Below, one piece after another: positions 37,692 to 48,399 of a stretch of DNA of 64,000 nucleotides (position 1 is its first letter; every line of letters starts with the position of its first letter). The position numbers and the translations under genes are program-made. Origin of the DNA: Hyphomonadaceae bacterium (GTDB lineage: Bacteria > Pseudomonadota > Alphaproteobacteria > Caulobacterales > Aquidulcibacteraceae); contig JANRIP010000005.1 in NCBI GenBank assembly GCA_033764855.1, positions 102,240 through 166,239 of the forward strand, in the 5' to 3' direction. The notes below the pieces were generated by a model. It was not told where the DNA came from. It did no database searches and saw nothing but the letters and a program-made list of their open reading frames with translations.

Positions 37692-39089
37692 TTATTCTTC
37701 AGCCTTAAGCGCACGCAATGCAGGTTCGGCTTCGCGCAAGCTCTTACCGATAATATCGATGGCGCGATCGATTTCCGCATGCGTGAAAATAAGCGGCGGG
37801 CTCATCACAATCGTATCGCGAATGCCGCGCACCATCAGGCCATTCTTGATGCACAGATCGCGCACGATCGGGCCAGCTTTGCCTTCCTTGCCGGTGAAGC
37901 GCTTATTCGTGCCCTTCTGCGCCACGATTTCGACGGCGCCGAGAAGCCCAAGCGAACGCGTTTCGCCAACCAGCGGATCAGCATCCAGGCGCTTCAGCGC
38001 GTTGGCGAGATAAGGTCCCGCATCATTGCGCACGCGTTCAACCAAGCCCTCGCGCTCAATGATCTCGATGTTCTTCAGCGCAACGGCGGCGCAGGTTGGA
38101 TGGCCGGAATAAGTATAGCCGTGCACGAACTCGCCGCCATCGGCGCGCAGCGCTTCGACGATCTTGTGCGAAACCGCGGTCGCGGAAATCGGCAGATAGC
38201 CGGAGGACAAACCCTTCGCCATTGGCACGAGATCGGGCTTCAAGCCGAAATGCTGGAAGCCGAACCAAGAGCCGAGGCGGCCGAAGCCGGTGATGACTTC
38301 ATCAATGACCAAGAGAATGCCGTACTTCTTGGTGATGGCTTGCACGCGGTCCCAATAGGTTTTGGGCGGGAAGATCACGCCGCCTGCGCCCTGCACCGGC
38401 TCGCCGATGAAAGCAGCGACATTCTCAGGGCCAACTTGCAGGATGCGATCCTCAATCGCTTGCGCGGCGCGTGCAGCGAAGGCCTCTTCGTCTTCCTCGA
38501 AGCCCTCCATGAATTTGTAGGGCTGCATGACATGCTCGACGCCGGGGATCGGCAGATTGCCGATCGGGTGCATGTGCTTCATGCCGCCCAGACTGACGCC
38601 GGCGACGGTAGAGCCGTGATAAGCGTTCCAGCGGCTGATGAAGACTTGCCGCTTTGGCTGGCCGACAACTTTCCAATAATAGCGCACCAGCCGCAGCACG
38701 GTGTCATTCGCTTCCGAGCCGGACGAATTGAAGAAGATGTGCTGCAGATCGCCGCCGAGTTTTTCGGCGAGCTTTGTGGCGAGCTGGATGGTGGGCGGCG
38801 TCGCGGTTTTGAAGAAGGTGTTGTAGAAAGGCAGTTCGAGCATTTGCTCGTACGCCGCCTTGGCGAGCTCTTCGCGGCCATAGCCGACATTCACGCACCA
38901 AAGGCCGGCCATACCGTCGAGCAGCGCATTGCCGTCGCCATCATAAATGGTGGAGCCTTCGGCGCGCGTAATGATGCGGCTGCCGCCGAGACGTTCGATC
39001 TCGGCATAACTTGCTTGCGCCGGCAAGTGGTGTGCGAGATCGAGCTTGCGCAGCTCAGGAACATTATAATTACGCAGTGTTTTGGACAT
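37692..39089 (-). CDS. class III aminotransferase (putrescine/omega-amine:pyruvate type, SpuC-like)
   Basis: Start trimmed to MSKTLRNYNVPEL (ATG 39087-39089). Motifs GLWCVNVGYGR, VIDEVITGFGRLG. Confidence 0.9.
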   Translation of the reverse strand: MSKTLRNYNVPELRKLDLAHHLPAQASYAEIERLGGSRIITRAEGSTIYDGDGNALLDGMAGLWCVNVGYGREELAKAAYEQMLELPFYNTFFKTATPPTIQLATKLAEKLGGDLQHIFFNSSGSEANDTVLRLVRYYWKVVGQPKRQVFISRWNAYHGSTVAGVSLGGMKHMHPIGNLPIPGVEHVMQPYKFMEGFEEDEEAFAARAAQAIEDRILQVGPENVAAFIGEPVQGAGGVIFPPKTYWDRVQAITKKYGILLVIDEVITGFGRLGSWFGFQHFGLKPDLVPMAKGLSSGYLPISATAVSHKIVEALRADGGEFVHGYTYSGHPTCAAVALKNIEIIEREGLVERVRNDAGPYLANALKRLDADPLVGETRSLGLLGAVEIVAQKGTNKRFTGKEGKAGPIVRDLCIKNGLMVRGIRDTIVMSPPLIFTHAEIDRAIDIIGKSLREAEPALRALKAEE

Positions 39090-39103
39090 GAGACGCTCCT
39101 CCC

Positions 39104-39886
39104 TCAGGCCGGCGCTAGCTTTTCGCGACGCAGTGCGCGGCCGAGCAGTTTGAAAAATGTTTGCGATTGCGGGTTTTCGTGCGCGCGCCATTCGGGGTGC
39201 CATTGCACCGCCAAAATTTGCGCGCCGTTGATGTCGGCGGAGATGGCTTCCACTACGCCATCCGGCGCCAGCGCTTCCACGGTCAAGCCTTTGCCGAGTT
39301 TATCGACGCCCTGATAGTGCACGCTCACGACATCGAGCTGATCGCGATTGTAAGCGCGTTTCAGGATGCCGCCTTCGCACAGCGTAACCGGATGCAAGTG
39401 GCTGAAATATTCGGTGAAGCTTGCATCGCTCGGCGCGTGATGGGGAATGAGATCAGGACTTTCGGCCATGTCGCGCCGAAGCGTGCCGCCAAAATACACG
39501 TTCAATTCCTGAAAGCCGCGGCAAATGCCGAAGACGGGCTTGCCGAGATCGAGCATGGCTTCGATCAGATGCGCGGTCATTTCATCGCGCGCGGGATCGA
39601 ACGGCCCAGGCGCATCGTCGACCAGCACGCCATAGCGCTTTGGATCGAGATTGCTCGGCGTGCCGGTGAGCAACAGGCCGTCAAGGCACGGCGCCACTTC
39701 GCGCGCGTGCATCAAGTCCGGCATGGCCGGCACAAGCAGCGCCGCCGCATCGGCGTAAGTGAGCGCTGACACGGCATAGCGTGTCATCACCGCCTGCGCG
39801 GCCTGCCCTTCGACATCGCGGTTGCATGCAATAATGCCGAGCACCGGCCTGGGGCCGGCGGAATGCGCTGCTTCCATGTCCTTCAT
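39104..39886 (-). CDS. gamma-glutamyl-gamma-aminobutyrate hydrolase family (PuuD-like, peptidase C26)
   Basis: Class I amidotransferase motifs GICRGFQ (Cys nucleophile) and VQWHPEW. Confidence 0.85.
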   Translation of the reverse strand: MKDMEAAHSAGPRPVLGIIACNRDVEGQAAQAVMTRYAVSALTYADAAALLVPAMPDLMHAREVAPCLDGLLLTGTPSNLDPKRYGVLVDDAPGPFDPARDEMTAHLIEAMLDLGKPVFGICRGFQELNVYFGGTLRRDMAESPDLIPHHAPSDASFTEYFSHLHPVTLCEGGILKRAYNRDQLDVVSVHYQGVDKLGKGLTVEALAPDGVVEAISADINGAQILAVQWHPEWRAHENPQSQTFFKLLGRALRREKLAPA

Positions 39887-39899
39887 TTGGGGCGTGATA

Positions 39900-41087
39900 T
39901 CACGAGAGCAGGACGGCTGGCGAGCAGGCGTGCCACGCCAACCAGACGGGCTCGTCCCAGGTAAAGTCTTCTTGATCGTAGCGCGTCAGATTGGAGCGGA
40001 AGGTCTTTACGCGGCGACCGCCGGCAATCTCGACTTCGAAGATGGTCTCACTGCCCAAATAGACGATGTCCCGGATCGTGCCGGGCACGACATTGGCGCC
40101 TGCCGGGGCGTCCTCCATCTTCATCGCGGCCGATCCTTCGGGCCGCTTGTGCATTTCGATCTTTTCCGGCCGCAACGCGACCCACACCGTCGACCCCTTC
40201 GCGCCGGAGACGCCGTGATCGAGATAGACCGGCGCTTCCAGCTCCGGCGACTGCACCACAGCGTGGCCGGGTTCATCTTCAGCCAACGTGCCCTCGAACA
40301 TGTTCACCGAGCCGACAAAGTCAGCGACGAAGCGCGAATTGGGGAATTCATAAAGATCGGCTGGCGTCGCTACTTGCTGCAGCAGGCCGCGATTCATGAC
40401 GGCGCAGCGCGTGGCGATGGCGAGCGCTTCATCCTGATCGTGCGTGACCATGATGAAAGTAATGCCGACCTTCTCCTGCAATGAGGTGAGCTCGGAGCGC
40501 ATTTGGTCGCGCAACTTGGCGTCGAGCGCGGAGAGCGGTTCGTCCAGCAACAGCACCCGCGGGCGCTTCACCAGCGCGCGCGCCAGCGCCACGCGTTGGC
40601 GTTGGCCGCCGGAGAGCTGATCGGGCTTGCGCTCGCCAAAGCCGCCGAGCTTCACCAGCTCCAAGGCTTCGGCCACGCGCTCCTTGCGTTCGCGATCCGG
40701 CACGCCGTCCATTTTGAGGCCGTAGGCGACGTTATCGTCGACGCTCATGTGCGGAAACACGGCATAGGACTGAAACACCATATTCACTGGCCGCTTATTG
40801 GGCGGCAGATGGGCGATGTCCTTGCCGTCAATCAGGATGCGGCCTTCGGTGGGTGTTTCGAAGCCGGCGAGCATGCGCAGCAGCGTGGTCTTACCGCAAC
40901 CGGAAGGGCCGAGCAGCGCAAAGAATTCGCCTTCCTGAATCTGCAAGTTCACATTATCGACCGCCACCACTTTGCCGAAGCGCTTGGTGATGTTTTCGAA
41001 ATTGATGATCGTGTTCGGCTTCACCGCCGCATTGGGGCGGACGGCTATGCTCGATACGCCATTGGAAGTTTGGGCGACGTCACTCAT
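39900..41087 (-). CDS. polyamine ABC transporter ATP-binding protein (PotA/PotG type)
   Basis: Walker A GPSGCGKTT, signature LSGGQRQR, C-terminal TOBE-like domain. ATGA overlap with the permease gene. Confidence 0.9.
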   Translation of the reverse strand: MSDVAQTSNGVSSIAVRPNAAVKPNTIINFENITKRFGKVVAVDNVNLQIQEGEFFALLGPSGCGKTTLLRMLAGFETPTEGRILIDGKDIAHLPPNKRPVNMVFQSYAVFPHMSVDDNVAYGLKMDGVPDRERKERVAEALELVKLGGFGERKPDQLSGGQRQRVALARALVKRPRVLLLDEPLSALDAKLRDQMRSELTSLQEKVGITFIMVTHDQDEALAIATRCAVMNRGLLQQVATPADLYEFPNSRFVADFVGSVNMFEGTLAEDEPGHAVVQSPELEAPVYLDHGVSGAKGSTVWVALRPEKIEMHKRPEGSAAMKMEDAPAGANVVPGTIRDIVYLGSETIFEVEIAGGRRVKTFRSNLTRYDQEDFTWDEPVWLAWHACSPAVLLS

Positions 41088-41941
41088 GACTTTGCTTTCG
41101 CTTTGTTTTCCGATGCCGTCTGCATCTGCAGACCCACTGCCGTCAGGAATATGGTGAGTACGATCAAGATTGTGGAGGCCGCGTTCACCTCCGGCGTCAC
41201 CGAGAAACGGACCATCGAATAGACCTTCACCGGGAAGGTGATGGTGTCAGGCCCCGCGGTGAAGAAGGTGATCACGAAGTCATCCAGGCTGAGGGTGAAG
41301 GCCAGCAGTGCGCCGGCGACGAGCCCCGGCTGCATGTGCGGCACCAGCACGTCGATGAAGGTGCGCCATTCACTGGCCCCCAAATCCTTGGCCGCCTCCT
41401 CCAGTTCGCGATTGAACGAAACCAAGCGCGCGCGCACCACGGTCGCCACGAACGGGAATGCGAAAGAGGTGTGGGCGATGATGATGGCGCCCAAATTGAG
41501 CGGCCACGGCATGCCCATTGGCCAAGGCAAGACGCGGGCAAAGAAAACCAGCATGGCCACGCCCATGCAGATTTCCGGCACGACGATCGGCAGCGCCATG
41601 CCGCCCTCAAACGCGGTTTTGCCGGGGAAGCGGAAGCGCCAGAGCGCGACAGCCGCGAGCGCCCCGAGCACGACGCTGAAAATGGTGCAGAAGAAAGCGA
41701 TCGTCATCGAGTTGGCGAAAGCTTGGATCAGCGAGTCATTGCTGAGCGCCTTCTCGTAATATTTGAGCGTAAAGCCCTGCCAGACGATGTTGCGGCGGCT
41801 GTCATTGAAGCTGAACGCCATCAGCGTGATCAGCGGCAGGTAGAGAAAGAGCAGCGTCAGCCCCACGGTCGCGCGGAGCGGCCATCGCCGCATATAATCG
41901 AGCGGACCCGGCTTGTCTTTTTTGACGGCGACGTCGCTCAT
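41084..41941 (-). CDS. polyamine ABC transporter permease (PotC/PotI type)
   Basis: Start trimmed to MSDVAVKKDKPG (41941), giving a 4-bp overlap with the upstream permease gene. EAA-loop region EEAAKDLGAS. Confidence 0.88.
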   Translation of the reverse strand: MSDVAVKKDKPGPLDYMRRWPLRATVGLTLLFLYLPLITLMAFSFNDSRRNIVWQGFTLKYYEKALSNDSLIQAFANSMTIAFFCTIFSVVLGALAAVALWRFRFPGKTAFEGGMALPIVVPEICMGVAMLVFFARVLPWPMGMPWPLNLGAIIIAHTSFAFPFVATVVRARLVSFNRELEEAAKDLGASEWRTFIDVLVPHMQPGLVAGALLAFTLSLDDFVITFFTAGPDTITFPVKVYSMVRFSVTPEVNAASTILIVLTIFLTAVGLQMQTASENKAKAKS

Positions 41942-42849
41942 CCCACGCCCCGCTTCTTGGCGCGGCTCTCGATCAAGGCCTGCACGGCGATGGCGAAGAA
42001 GGTCAGATACATGAGCAGGAAGGAGAGCGCCGCGCCGAACGGCCAATCATTGGCGCGCTTGAATTGGCGCTCGATCACGTTGGCGATCATCTGGCTGTCT
42101 GGGCCTCCCAGCAGGTCCGGCGTCAGATAAGCGCCGAGCGCGGGAATGAAGGTGATGAGAATGCCTGAGGCGATCCCAGGCGCGGCGAGCGGGACAACGA
42201 CGCCCATAATCGTGCGCATATGCCCCGCGCCGAGATCGAGGCTGGCTTCCATTAGCGAGCGATCCATGCGGTCAAGCGCGGAATAGAGCGGCAGCACCAT
42301 GAAAGGCAGGTGCACGTACACTAGGCCGAAGATCACCGCGAAATTGTTGTGCAGCAATTCCAGCGGCTCGAACGCGCCGAGCGGCTGCAGGCCCACCAGA
42401 GTCATGAGCCCGGAGGCATTGTTCCAAAGCCATTCAACGCCGAAATTGACATAGCCCTCCGTGCGCAGCACGGCGATCAGCGCATAGGTTCGGATCAAAA
42501 GGTTGGTCCAGAACGGCAGCATGATCAGCAGCAGCAGCCATGCCTTGGCGCGCGGCGAAGCGAAGGCGATGGCGAGCGCCACTGGGAAGCCGATGATGAG
42601 GCAAATCAGCGTCGTCGCGCCGGCTATGATCACCGACTTGATGAAGATGCCGACATAGAGCGGCTCAAGCGCGCGGAAATAATTGGCGAAGGTGCCAGTC
42701 AGCGCAATGTCGGCGAGGCCCTGGTTCTCGCCGAACGAATAGGCCCAGATGACCGCCATCGGGACCAGAAAGAAGGCGACAAGCCAAAACGCCGGCGGCG
42801 TCAGCACCACGCCGAAGGCGGCTTTGGCTTGTTTCCAAGTCTGCTCCAC
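41938..42849 (-). CDS. polyamine ABC transporter permease (PotB/PotH type)
   Basis: 303 aa, 6 TM, EAA-loop MEASLDLGAG. Confidence 0.88.
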   Translation of the reverse strand: MEQTWKQAKAAFGVVLTPPAFWLVAFFLVPMAVIWAYSFGENQGLADIALTGTFANYFRALEPLYVGIFIKSVIIAGATTLICLIIGFPVALAIAFASPRAKAWLLLLIMLPFWTNLLIRTYALIAVLRTEGYVNFGVEWLWNNASGLMTLVGLQPLGAFEPLELLHNNFAVIFGLVYVHLPFMVLPLYSALDRMDRSLMEASLDLGAGHMRTIMGVVVPLAAPGIASGILITFIPALGAYLTPDLLGGPDSQMIANVIERQFKRANDWPFGAALSFLLMYLTFFAIAVQALIESRAKKRGVG

Positions 42850-42864
42850 AAAAACTCCCGGAGC

Positions 42865-43968
42865 TTACGCGGCGCGAACCCGCGTGATGAGTTCTTCGAA
42901 TTGCTGCGCTTTTTCCGCGCCTTCAAACGCGCCGTACTCGCACTTGGCCAGACGATCCGCCGGCGGGAAGATGACCGGGTTATTCTTGTAGGAGTCATCC
43001 ATCAGTGCGCGCGCCGCTGCGTTCGGCGTCGGGTACAAGATCTCCTTGGTGATCTCGCTGCCCGCTTCACCATCCAACAGATAGTTGATGAAGGCGTGCG
43101 CGCCTTCAAGGTTCGGCGCACCGACTGGAATGCAGAGACAATCCGAGTTGAGTAGGCTGCCTTCAGTCGGCACCAGGAAGTCGATGTCAGCGTCTTCCTC
43201 CATGACCTGGGCGATGTCGCCATTATACTCGAGCACGAGATCGACATCGCGCGCGAGCAGCATGTCCTGGCCATTATCCTCGTGGAAGGCTTTGATGTGC
43301 GGCTTCTGACGGATCAACATTTGTTCGATCTGCGTCAGCATTTCGTCCGGAATGCCGTTCACCGAATGGCCGAGATATTTGGCGCACAGGCGGATGAGAT
43401 CCGCCGATTCTGAAAGCAGCGCGATCTTTTGCGAGAACTGATCGCTGTCGAACAGCCACTTCCAGCTATCCGGCACAAATCCGGCAGGCATGGCGGATTT
43501 GCGGTAGGCAATGCCAAGCACGAGCCAAGTATACGGCATGGAATAGCGGCGGCCCGGATCGAAGGCGGCGTCCTGGAATTCCGGCAGCAAGTTGGCGAAG
43601 TTCGGAATCTTGGCGCGATCGAGCGGCTCAAGCATTTGCGCTTCGGACATGCGCGTCACGAATTCATTCGACGGCACGATCACGTCATAGCCGGGATTGC
43701 CGGCGCGCAGGCGCGCGAACAATTCGTCATTGGTGGCGAACAGACTCATCCGGACTTCAGTGCCCGTGGCAGCCTTGAAGTCGTCGAGCGTGGTGGGGCC
43801 GATATAAGTGTCCCAGTTATAGAAATTGACGACCGGCGCGCCGCCCCCGCCAGGCGAACACCCTGCCGCCCCACCGACAAAGCTCATGCCGATCGCAGCG
43901 GCGCCAAATTGTTGGAGGATGGACCGGCGCGAGGCGCCCTTGATAATGGTGGATTTGGTCATCTGCAC
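42865..43968 (-). CDS. polyamine ABC transporter substrate-binding protein (PotD/PotF type)
   Basis: Tat-like signal plus lipobox (SRRSILQQFGAAAIGMSFVGGAAGC). PotD/F-like sequence (NFYNWDTYIG, YDVIVPS). Confidence 0.88.
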   Translation of the reverse strand: MQMTKSTIIKGASRRSILQQFGAAAIGMSFVGGAAGCSPGGGGAPVVNFYNWDTYIGPTTLDDFKAATGTEVRMSLFATNDELFARLRAGNPGYDVIVPSNEFVTRMSEAQMLEPLDRAKIPNFANLLPEFQDAAFDPGRRYSMPYTWLVLGIAYRKSAMPAGFVPDSWKWLFDSDQFSQKIALLSESADLIRLCAKYLGHSVNGIPDEMLTQIEQMLIRQKPHIKAFHEDNGQDMLLARDVDLVLEYNGDIAQVMEEDADIDFLVPTEGSLLNSDCLCIPVGAPNLEGAHAFINYLLDGEAGSEITKEILYPTPNAAARALMDDSYKNNPVIFPPADRLAKCEYGAFEGAEKAQQFEELITRVRAA

Positions 43969-44118
43969 CCTTCCTTGAGGTTGGCCGTACTGCCTGACAG
44001 CGCAACTGGATCAATAACCTAACAAGCACGCAACTTCGATCCGGGATCAATACGCCTTCCCCAGGGACGCGCCGAAATTCGCACCCGTTCCCGTTCTGTA
44101 CGTGCTACCGGCGCCGCA

Positions 44119-44481
44119 TCAGCGGGCGTTGCGCTCTCCGGTCAGCCATTCGACGATCTGGTTTTGGTCGTTAAGCAGCACCACGCTTGGCTTGATCGGC
44201 TCTTTCGCCAGCTCGAAGCCCATGATGATCACTTGCTCGCCAGCTTTGATTAGGTGCGCGGCGGCGCCGTTGATGGAAATGATACCCGAACCGCGCGCGC
44301 CGGCGATGATGTAGGTCTCCAGCCGCGCGCCGGAGGTGTTGGACACCACCATGACGCGCTCGCCCTCCCACATGCCGACAGCATCGACCAAATCCATGTC
44401 AATCTCAATCGAGCCGACATAGTTGAGGTTCGCGTCGGTCACGCGGCCATTATGCAGCTTTGAGCGCATCACCCAGCGCAT
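44119..44481 (-). CDS. panD: aspartate 1-decarboxylase
   Basis: 120 aa with KLHNGRVTDANLNYVGSIEID, containing the Gly-Ser self-processing site. Confidence 0.9.
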   Translation of the reverse strand: MRWVMRSKLHNGRVTDANLNYVGSIEIDMDLVDAVGMWEGERVMVVSNTSGARLETYIIAGARGSGIISINGAAAHLIKAGEQVIIMGFELAKEPIKPSVVLLNDQNQIVEWLTGERNAR

Positions 44482-44499
44482 TCAGAGTCTCCGTCACTC

Positions 44500-45882
44500 T
44501 TAGGTTGCGCGCAGATACCAATCGAGATCGGTGCTGGGGATGACGCCTTGATAGCGGTCCTGCTCGATTCGCTTCACGGCCGCGTACATGTTCACGAAGC
44601 GCTCGCCGAAATACTCTTTCAGCAAAGCAGACTCGGCGAAGCGATCGGTGGCGGCGAACCAATTGGTCGGCAGCTTTTCGCCGGTCTGACCGCCTGCCTG
44701 TGCGTAGCCGTCGCCTACAATGGGCGGGCCGGGATCGATCTTATTGCTGATGCCATGATGCACCGCCGCTAACAGCGCAGCGACAGCGAGCGCGGGATGC
44801 GCATCGGCGCCGGCGACGCGGTGTTCGATGTGGCGCGTATGCGGCGCGCCGGCGGGCACACGGAAGGAAACGGTGCGATTATTGACGCCCCAGGCGGTCG
44901 CGGTCGGCGCGTAGGAATTGGCGCGGAAACGGCGGAAGGAATTGGCGTTAGGCGCGAAGATGGCCATTGAGTCGCCGATCAGCGCCTTCATGCCGCCGAC
45001 AGCATGCTTCAGCGCGGGTGAGCCTTCGAGCGCTTCGCTGGCGAAGATGTTTTTCCCCGCCGCGTCATTCACGCTGACATGCATGTGCATGCCCGAGCCG
45101 GGATAATCGGCGAAGGGCTTGGCCATGAAGGTGGCCTCAAAGCCATGCTTGAGCGCAACGCCCTTGCAGGCGCGCTTGTAGAGAATGGCGTCGTCAGCCG
45201 AGCGCATGGCGTCGGCGTGGTGCTTCAGTGTGAGTTCGAGTTGGCCGGGCCCATATTCGCTGATCGCGCCTTCGAGCGGAATGCCGCACGCATCGGCGGC
45301 CGCCCAGAGCTCGCGCAGGAAGGGCGCGGCCTCTTCCATCTCGGTCAGCGAATATTGATCGTGCTGGCTGGGTCGGCGGCTGTTCAGCGGAAACTGCGCC
45401 ACCTTGAGTTCGCCGCCCACATAATTTGGATCGACCAGATAGAATTCGAGTTCGCACGCCACCACCGGCGTCAGGCCGTCAGCCTTGAAGCGATCGATCA
45501 CGCCTTGCAGCACGTGGCGCGGGTCGAGAAAGTTCGGCGTTCCGTCCTGTTCGTAAATCGAGACTTCGACTTGCGCCAATTCCGGGCCAAGCCATGGCGC
45601 GAGCGTGAGGCGCCCAGGCACGGGGCGGCCAATGCGGTCCGCATCGCCCTCTTCCCAGATGAAGCCGGTTTCTTCGCAGTCACGGCCGGTAATGTCCGTC
45701 ACCAGCATGGAGGTGGGCAGGAAACGGCCCTGCTCATAGAGCGGGATCAGCTCATGGCGGCGCAAGCGCTTGCCGCGCGGCACGCCTGATAAGCCCGTAT
45801 AAATGATTTCGAAGAATTGGACGTTCGGGTTGGCGTCCAGAAACGCCTTTGCTTCCTTCACATCGCCAATGGCGCTCGTCAT
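44500..45882 (-). CDS. glutamine synthetase family protein (gamma-glutamyl-polyamine synthetase-like), second copy
   Basis: GS catalytic motifs (KPFADYPGSGMHMHVSV, NSFRRF, NNRTVSFRV, EHRVAGADAHPAL). First gene of the minus-strand cluster. Confidence 0.88.
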   Translation of the reverse strand: MTSAIGDVKEAKAFLDANPNVQFFEIIYTGLSGVPRGKRLRRHELIPLYEQGRFLPTSMLVTDITGRDCEETGFIWEEGDADRIGRPVPGRLTLAPWLGPELAQVEVSIYEQDGTPNFLDPRHVLQGVIDRFKADGLTPVVACELEFYLVDPNYVGGELKVAQFPLNSRRPSQHDQYSLTEMEEAAPFLRELWAAADACGIPLEGAISEYGPGQLELTLKHHADAMRSADDAILYKRACKGVALKHGFEATFMAKPFADYPGSGMHMHVSVNDAAGKNIFASEALEGSPALKHAVGGMKALIGDSMAIFAPNANSFRRFRANSYAPTATAWGVNNRTVSFRVPAGAPHTRHIEHRVAGADAHPALAVAALLAAVHHGISNKIDPGPPIVGDGYAQAGGQTGEKLPTNWFAATDRFAESALLKEYFGERFVNMYAAVKRIEQDRYQGVIPSTDLDWYLRAT

Positions 45883-46069
45883 GATTTTCCGTTGGATGAT
45901 CGCTATGCCTGCCCGCTCTCTATCCTGTTCCCGGGCGCGACGCGAGCCTTAAGCCGAGCGCCCGCCCTGGCGTTAACGCCGAGTGGGGCGCTCCGATAAG
46001 GCGCGGAGGCTTGTTTCAGATCAAAGTGGCCGGCCTTCAAGCAGCCTATCTCCGCGCGAGGAGTTAGCC

Positions 46070-46318
46070 ATGACCGAGCATTTCGATCACGCCTTGGAGG
46101 AGGAATTCTCCGAACACCGCGAAACCATTCATCGGCTGAAAATCAGCGACCCTTCCTTCAAGACCCTGCTCGAACGCAATCACGCGCTTTGGCTGCAAAT
46201 CCAGAACATCCAGAACAATGTCACGCCCGCCGACGACCAGACCCGGCATGATCTGGAAAAGCAGCGGCTCGTGCTGCTGGACGAAATAGCGGCCCGCGTT
46301 GGGGCTGCAGAAAGCTGA
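46070..46318 (+). CDS. DUF465 (YdcH-like) protein
   Basis: Start at MTEHFDH (GAGGAG upstream). 82 aa with H..I..LK..D..F..L......L, typical of DUF465. Confidence 0.7.
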   Translation: MTEHFDHALEEEFSEHRETIHRLKISDPSFKTLLERNHALWLQIQNIQNNVTPADDQTRHDLEKQRLVLLDEIAARVGAAES

Positions 46319-46372
46319 CGCTTGCGCCCAGCCTGGGAGAAAGTGGTAGTTTCCTCCTAGCAGGGGGAAACG

Positions 46373-48385
46373 ATGGGTCGGCTTTGGATCATTTTGCTGG
46401 GCGCGGTCGTGTTGGGCTGCGCCCAACCGTCCGCCGCGCCATCACCCGACTATAGCCCCACGATCACGCGCGACTCATTTGGCGTCGCCACCGTGCATGG
46501 GCGCGACGATGCGGAGACTGCCTACGGTCTGGCGCTTGCGCATGCGGAGGACAATTTCGCCACCATCCAATTGGTGGCGCTAGCGGCGCGCGGACGACTG
46601 GGCGCTCATCTCGGACGCGATGGCGCGCCCTCCGACTTTTTGTGGAACCTGATCGAGGTGAAGCAAAGCGTCGAGCAAGGCTATGAGACGCTTTCACCAG
46701 AATTTCGCAGCGTGCTTGAAGGCTATGCGGCAGGTCTCAACGCCTATGCCGCGGCGCATCCTGATGAAGCCCTGCCCGGCGCACGCAACCTCACCGGGCG
46801 CGACGTCGCGGCGGGGTCGGCGCTGACGCTGCCGCTGTTTTTCGGCTTCGATCATGTGCTGGGCGTGCTGGCCGATGAAACAAGCCACCCTTGCGCGGCG
46901 CGAGAGGCGCGCGCGGAAAATATTGATTGGGGCTCCAACGCCTTTGCGGTAGCGCCCTCTCGCTCGAGCGATGGGCATACGCGCGTCATCCTCAATTCGC
47001 ATCAGCCCTGGGACGGCCCGGTGGCCTGGTACGAAGCGCGGATCGAAAGCGATAGCGGCTGGCGCATGCATGGAGGCGTGTTTCCCGCCGCGCCGTTCCC
47101 GGTGGTCGGGACCAATGGCGCGCTGGGTTGGGCGGCGACGGTGAACTTTCCTGACCTGATCGATCTTTATCGGCTGACCACCGACGCGGAGCATCGCGGC
47201 CAGTATTTCTATGACGGCGCGTGGCGGCGGTTTGAAACGCGCACGGTTTGGCTTTGGGTGAAGATGGGCTGGTTCACCGTACCCGTGCCGCGCACGCTGC
47301 GCTATTCGGTTTATGGTCCGGCGTTCGAAACCGCCGATGGCTGGGTGAGCGTGCGTTATGCGGGCGAGCACGAAATCCGCGCGCTCGAGCAATTCTATCG
47401 CATGGGCAAAGCGCGCAGCTATGAAGAGTGGCGCGCGGCCATGGACATGCGCGCCATCCCCTCCTTCAATTTCATCTATGGCGACGCCAGCGGACGCATC
47501 GCGTTTCACTACAATGCCAGCTTGCCGCGCCGCGCGCCGGGTTATGATTGGTCCGGTTGCGTGCCGGGCGACACCAGCGCCACGCTCTGGCCACAGCGTG
47601 AATATCTGGCGACGCCGGTTTTGGACACGCCCAATTCAGGCTGGCTCTACTCGGCTAATGGACAGCCTTGGTCCTCCACCGATCCGGCTTCGGATTTGCA
47701 GCCCGCACAGTATGCGGAGGTAGCGCCCTTCATCGAAACCAACATGACCAATCGTAGCTATCGCGCCGTCGAAATCCTCTCTCCACTGCGCACAATCAGC
47801 GCTGAGCAATTGTTGGCGGCGAAGTTTGACGTGACCTCCAGTTCGCAATCGCGCACGGAAGCTGCGATCCAGCGCATCCTGGGCGCGGACGCGAGCAATG
47901 ATGCGGAGCTGGCGCAGATTCAGGCGGTGCTGCGCCGATGGGACCGGCGCGCGGCGCAAGACTCGACCGAGGCGCCGCTGGCGCTGCTCATGTTCTACCC
48001 GCTCTATAACGCCCGCCTTTACGGCCAGCCCGAGCCCGATCCGATTGCGACAGCGCGCGATGGCGCGCGCTATCTCATGCAGCATTTCGGCAAGCTGGAC
48101 CCGCCGCTGGGCGAGGTGCTGCGGCTCCGGCGCGGCGATGTGGACCTGCCGTTGCAGGGCGCGCCGGACACGCTGCGCGCGCTGCGCTGGCATCCCGATC
48201 CAGACGGGCGCCTCAGCGCCGATTTTGGCGATGGCTTGATGATGGTGATGGACTGGGCGCCCGATGGCGCGCTCACCGTGCAGAGCATCCACCAATGGGG
48301 GGCCAGCAACCACCCAGAAAGCCCGCATTATAATGATCAATCGCCACTTTACGCGCGCCACGAATGGCGCACCAACCCCTGGTGA
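46373..48385 (+). CDS. penicillin acylase family Ntn-hydrolase (peptidase S45; acyl-HSL acylase-like)
   Basis: Lipoprotein-type signal (VVLGC). Autoprocessing and nucleophile site DWG-SNAFAV. 670 aa. Confidence 0.85.
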   Translation: MGRLWIILLGAVVLGCAQPSAAPSPDYSPTITRDSFGVATVHGRDDAETAYGLALAHAEDNFATIQLVALAARGRLGAHLGRDGAPSDFLWNLIEVKQSVEQGYETLSPEFRSVLEGYAAGLNAYAAAHPDEALPGARNLTGRDVAAGSALTLPLFFGFDHVLGVLADETSHPCAAREARAENIDWGSNAFAVAPSRSSDGHTRVILNSHQPWDGPVAWYEARIESDSGWRMHGGVFPAAPFPVVGTNGALGWAATVNFPDLIDLYRLTTDAEHRGQYFYDGAWRRFETRTVWLWVKMGWFTVPVPRTLRYSVYGPAFETADGWVSVRYAGEHEIRALEQFYRMGKARSYEEWRAAMDMRAIPSFNFIYGDASGRIAFHYNASLPRRAPGYDWSGCVPGDTSATLWPQREYLATPVLDTPNSGWLYSANGQPWSSTDPASDLQPAQYAEVAPFIETNMTNRSYRAVEILSPLRTISAEQLLAAKFDVTSSSQSRTEAAIQRILGADASNDAELAQIQAVLRRWDRRAAQDSTEAPLALLMFYPLYNARLYGQPEPDPIATARDGARYLMQHFGKLDPPLGEVLRLRRGDVDLPLQGAPDTLRALRWHPDPDGRLSADFGDGLMMVMDWAPDGALTVQSIHQWGASNHPESPHYNDQSPLYARHEWRTNPW

Positions 48386-48399
48386 GCTAAACCGCGCTT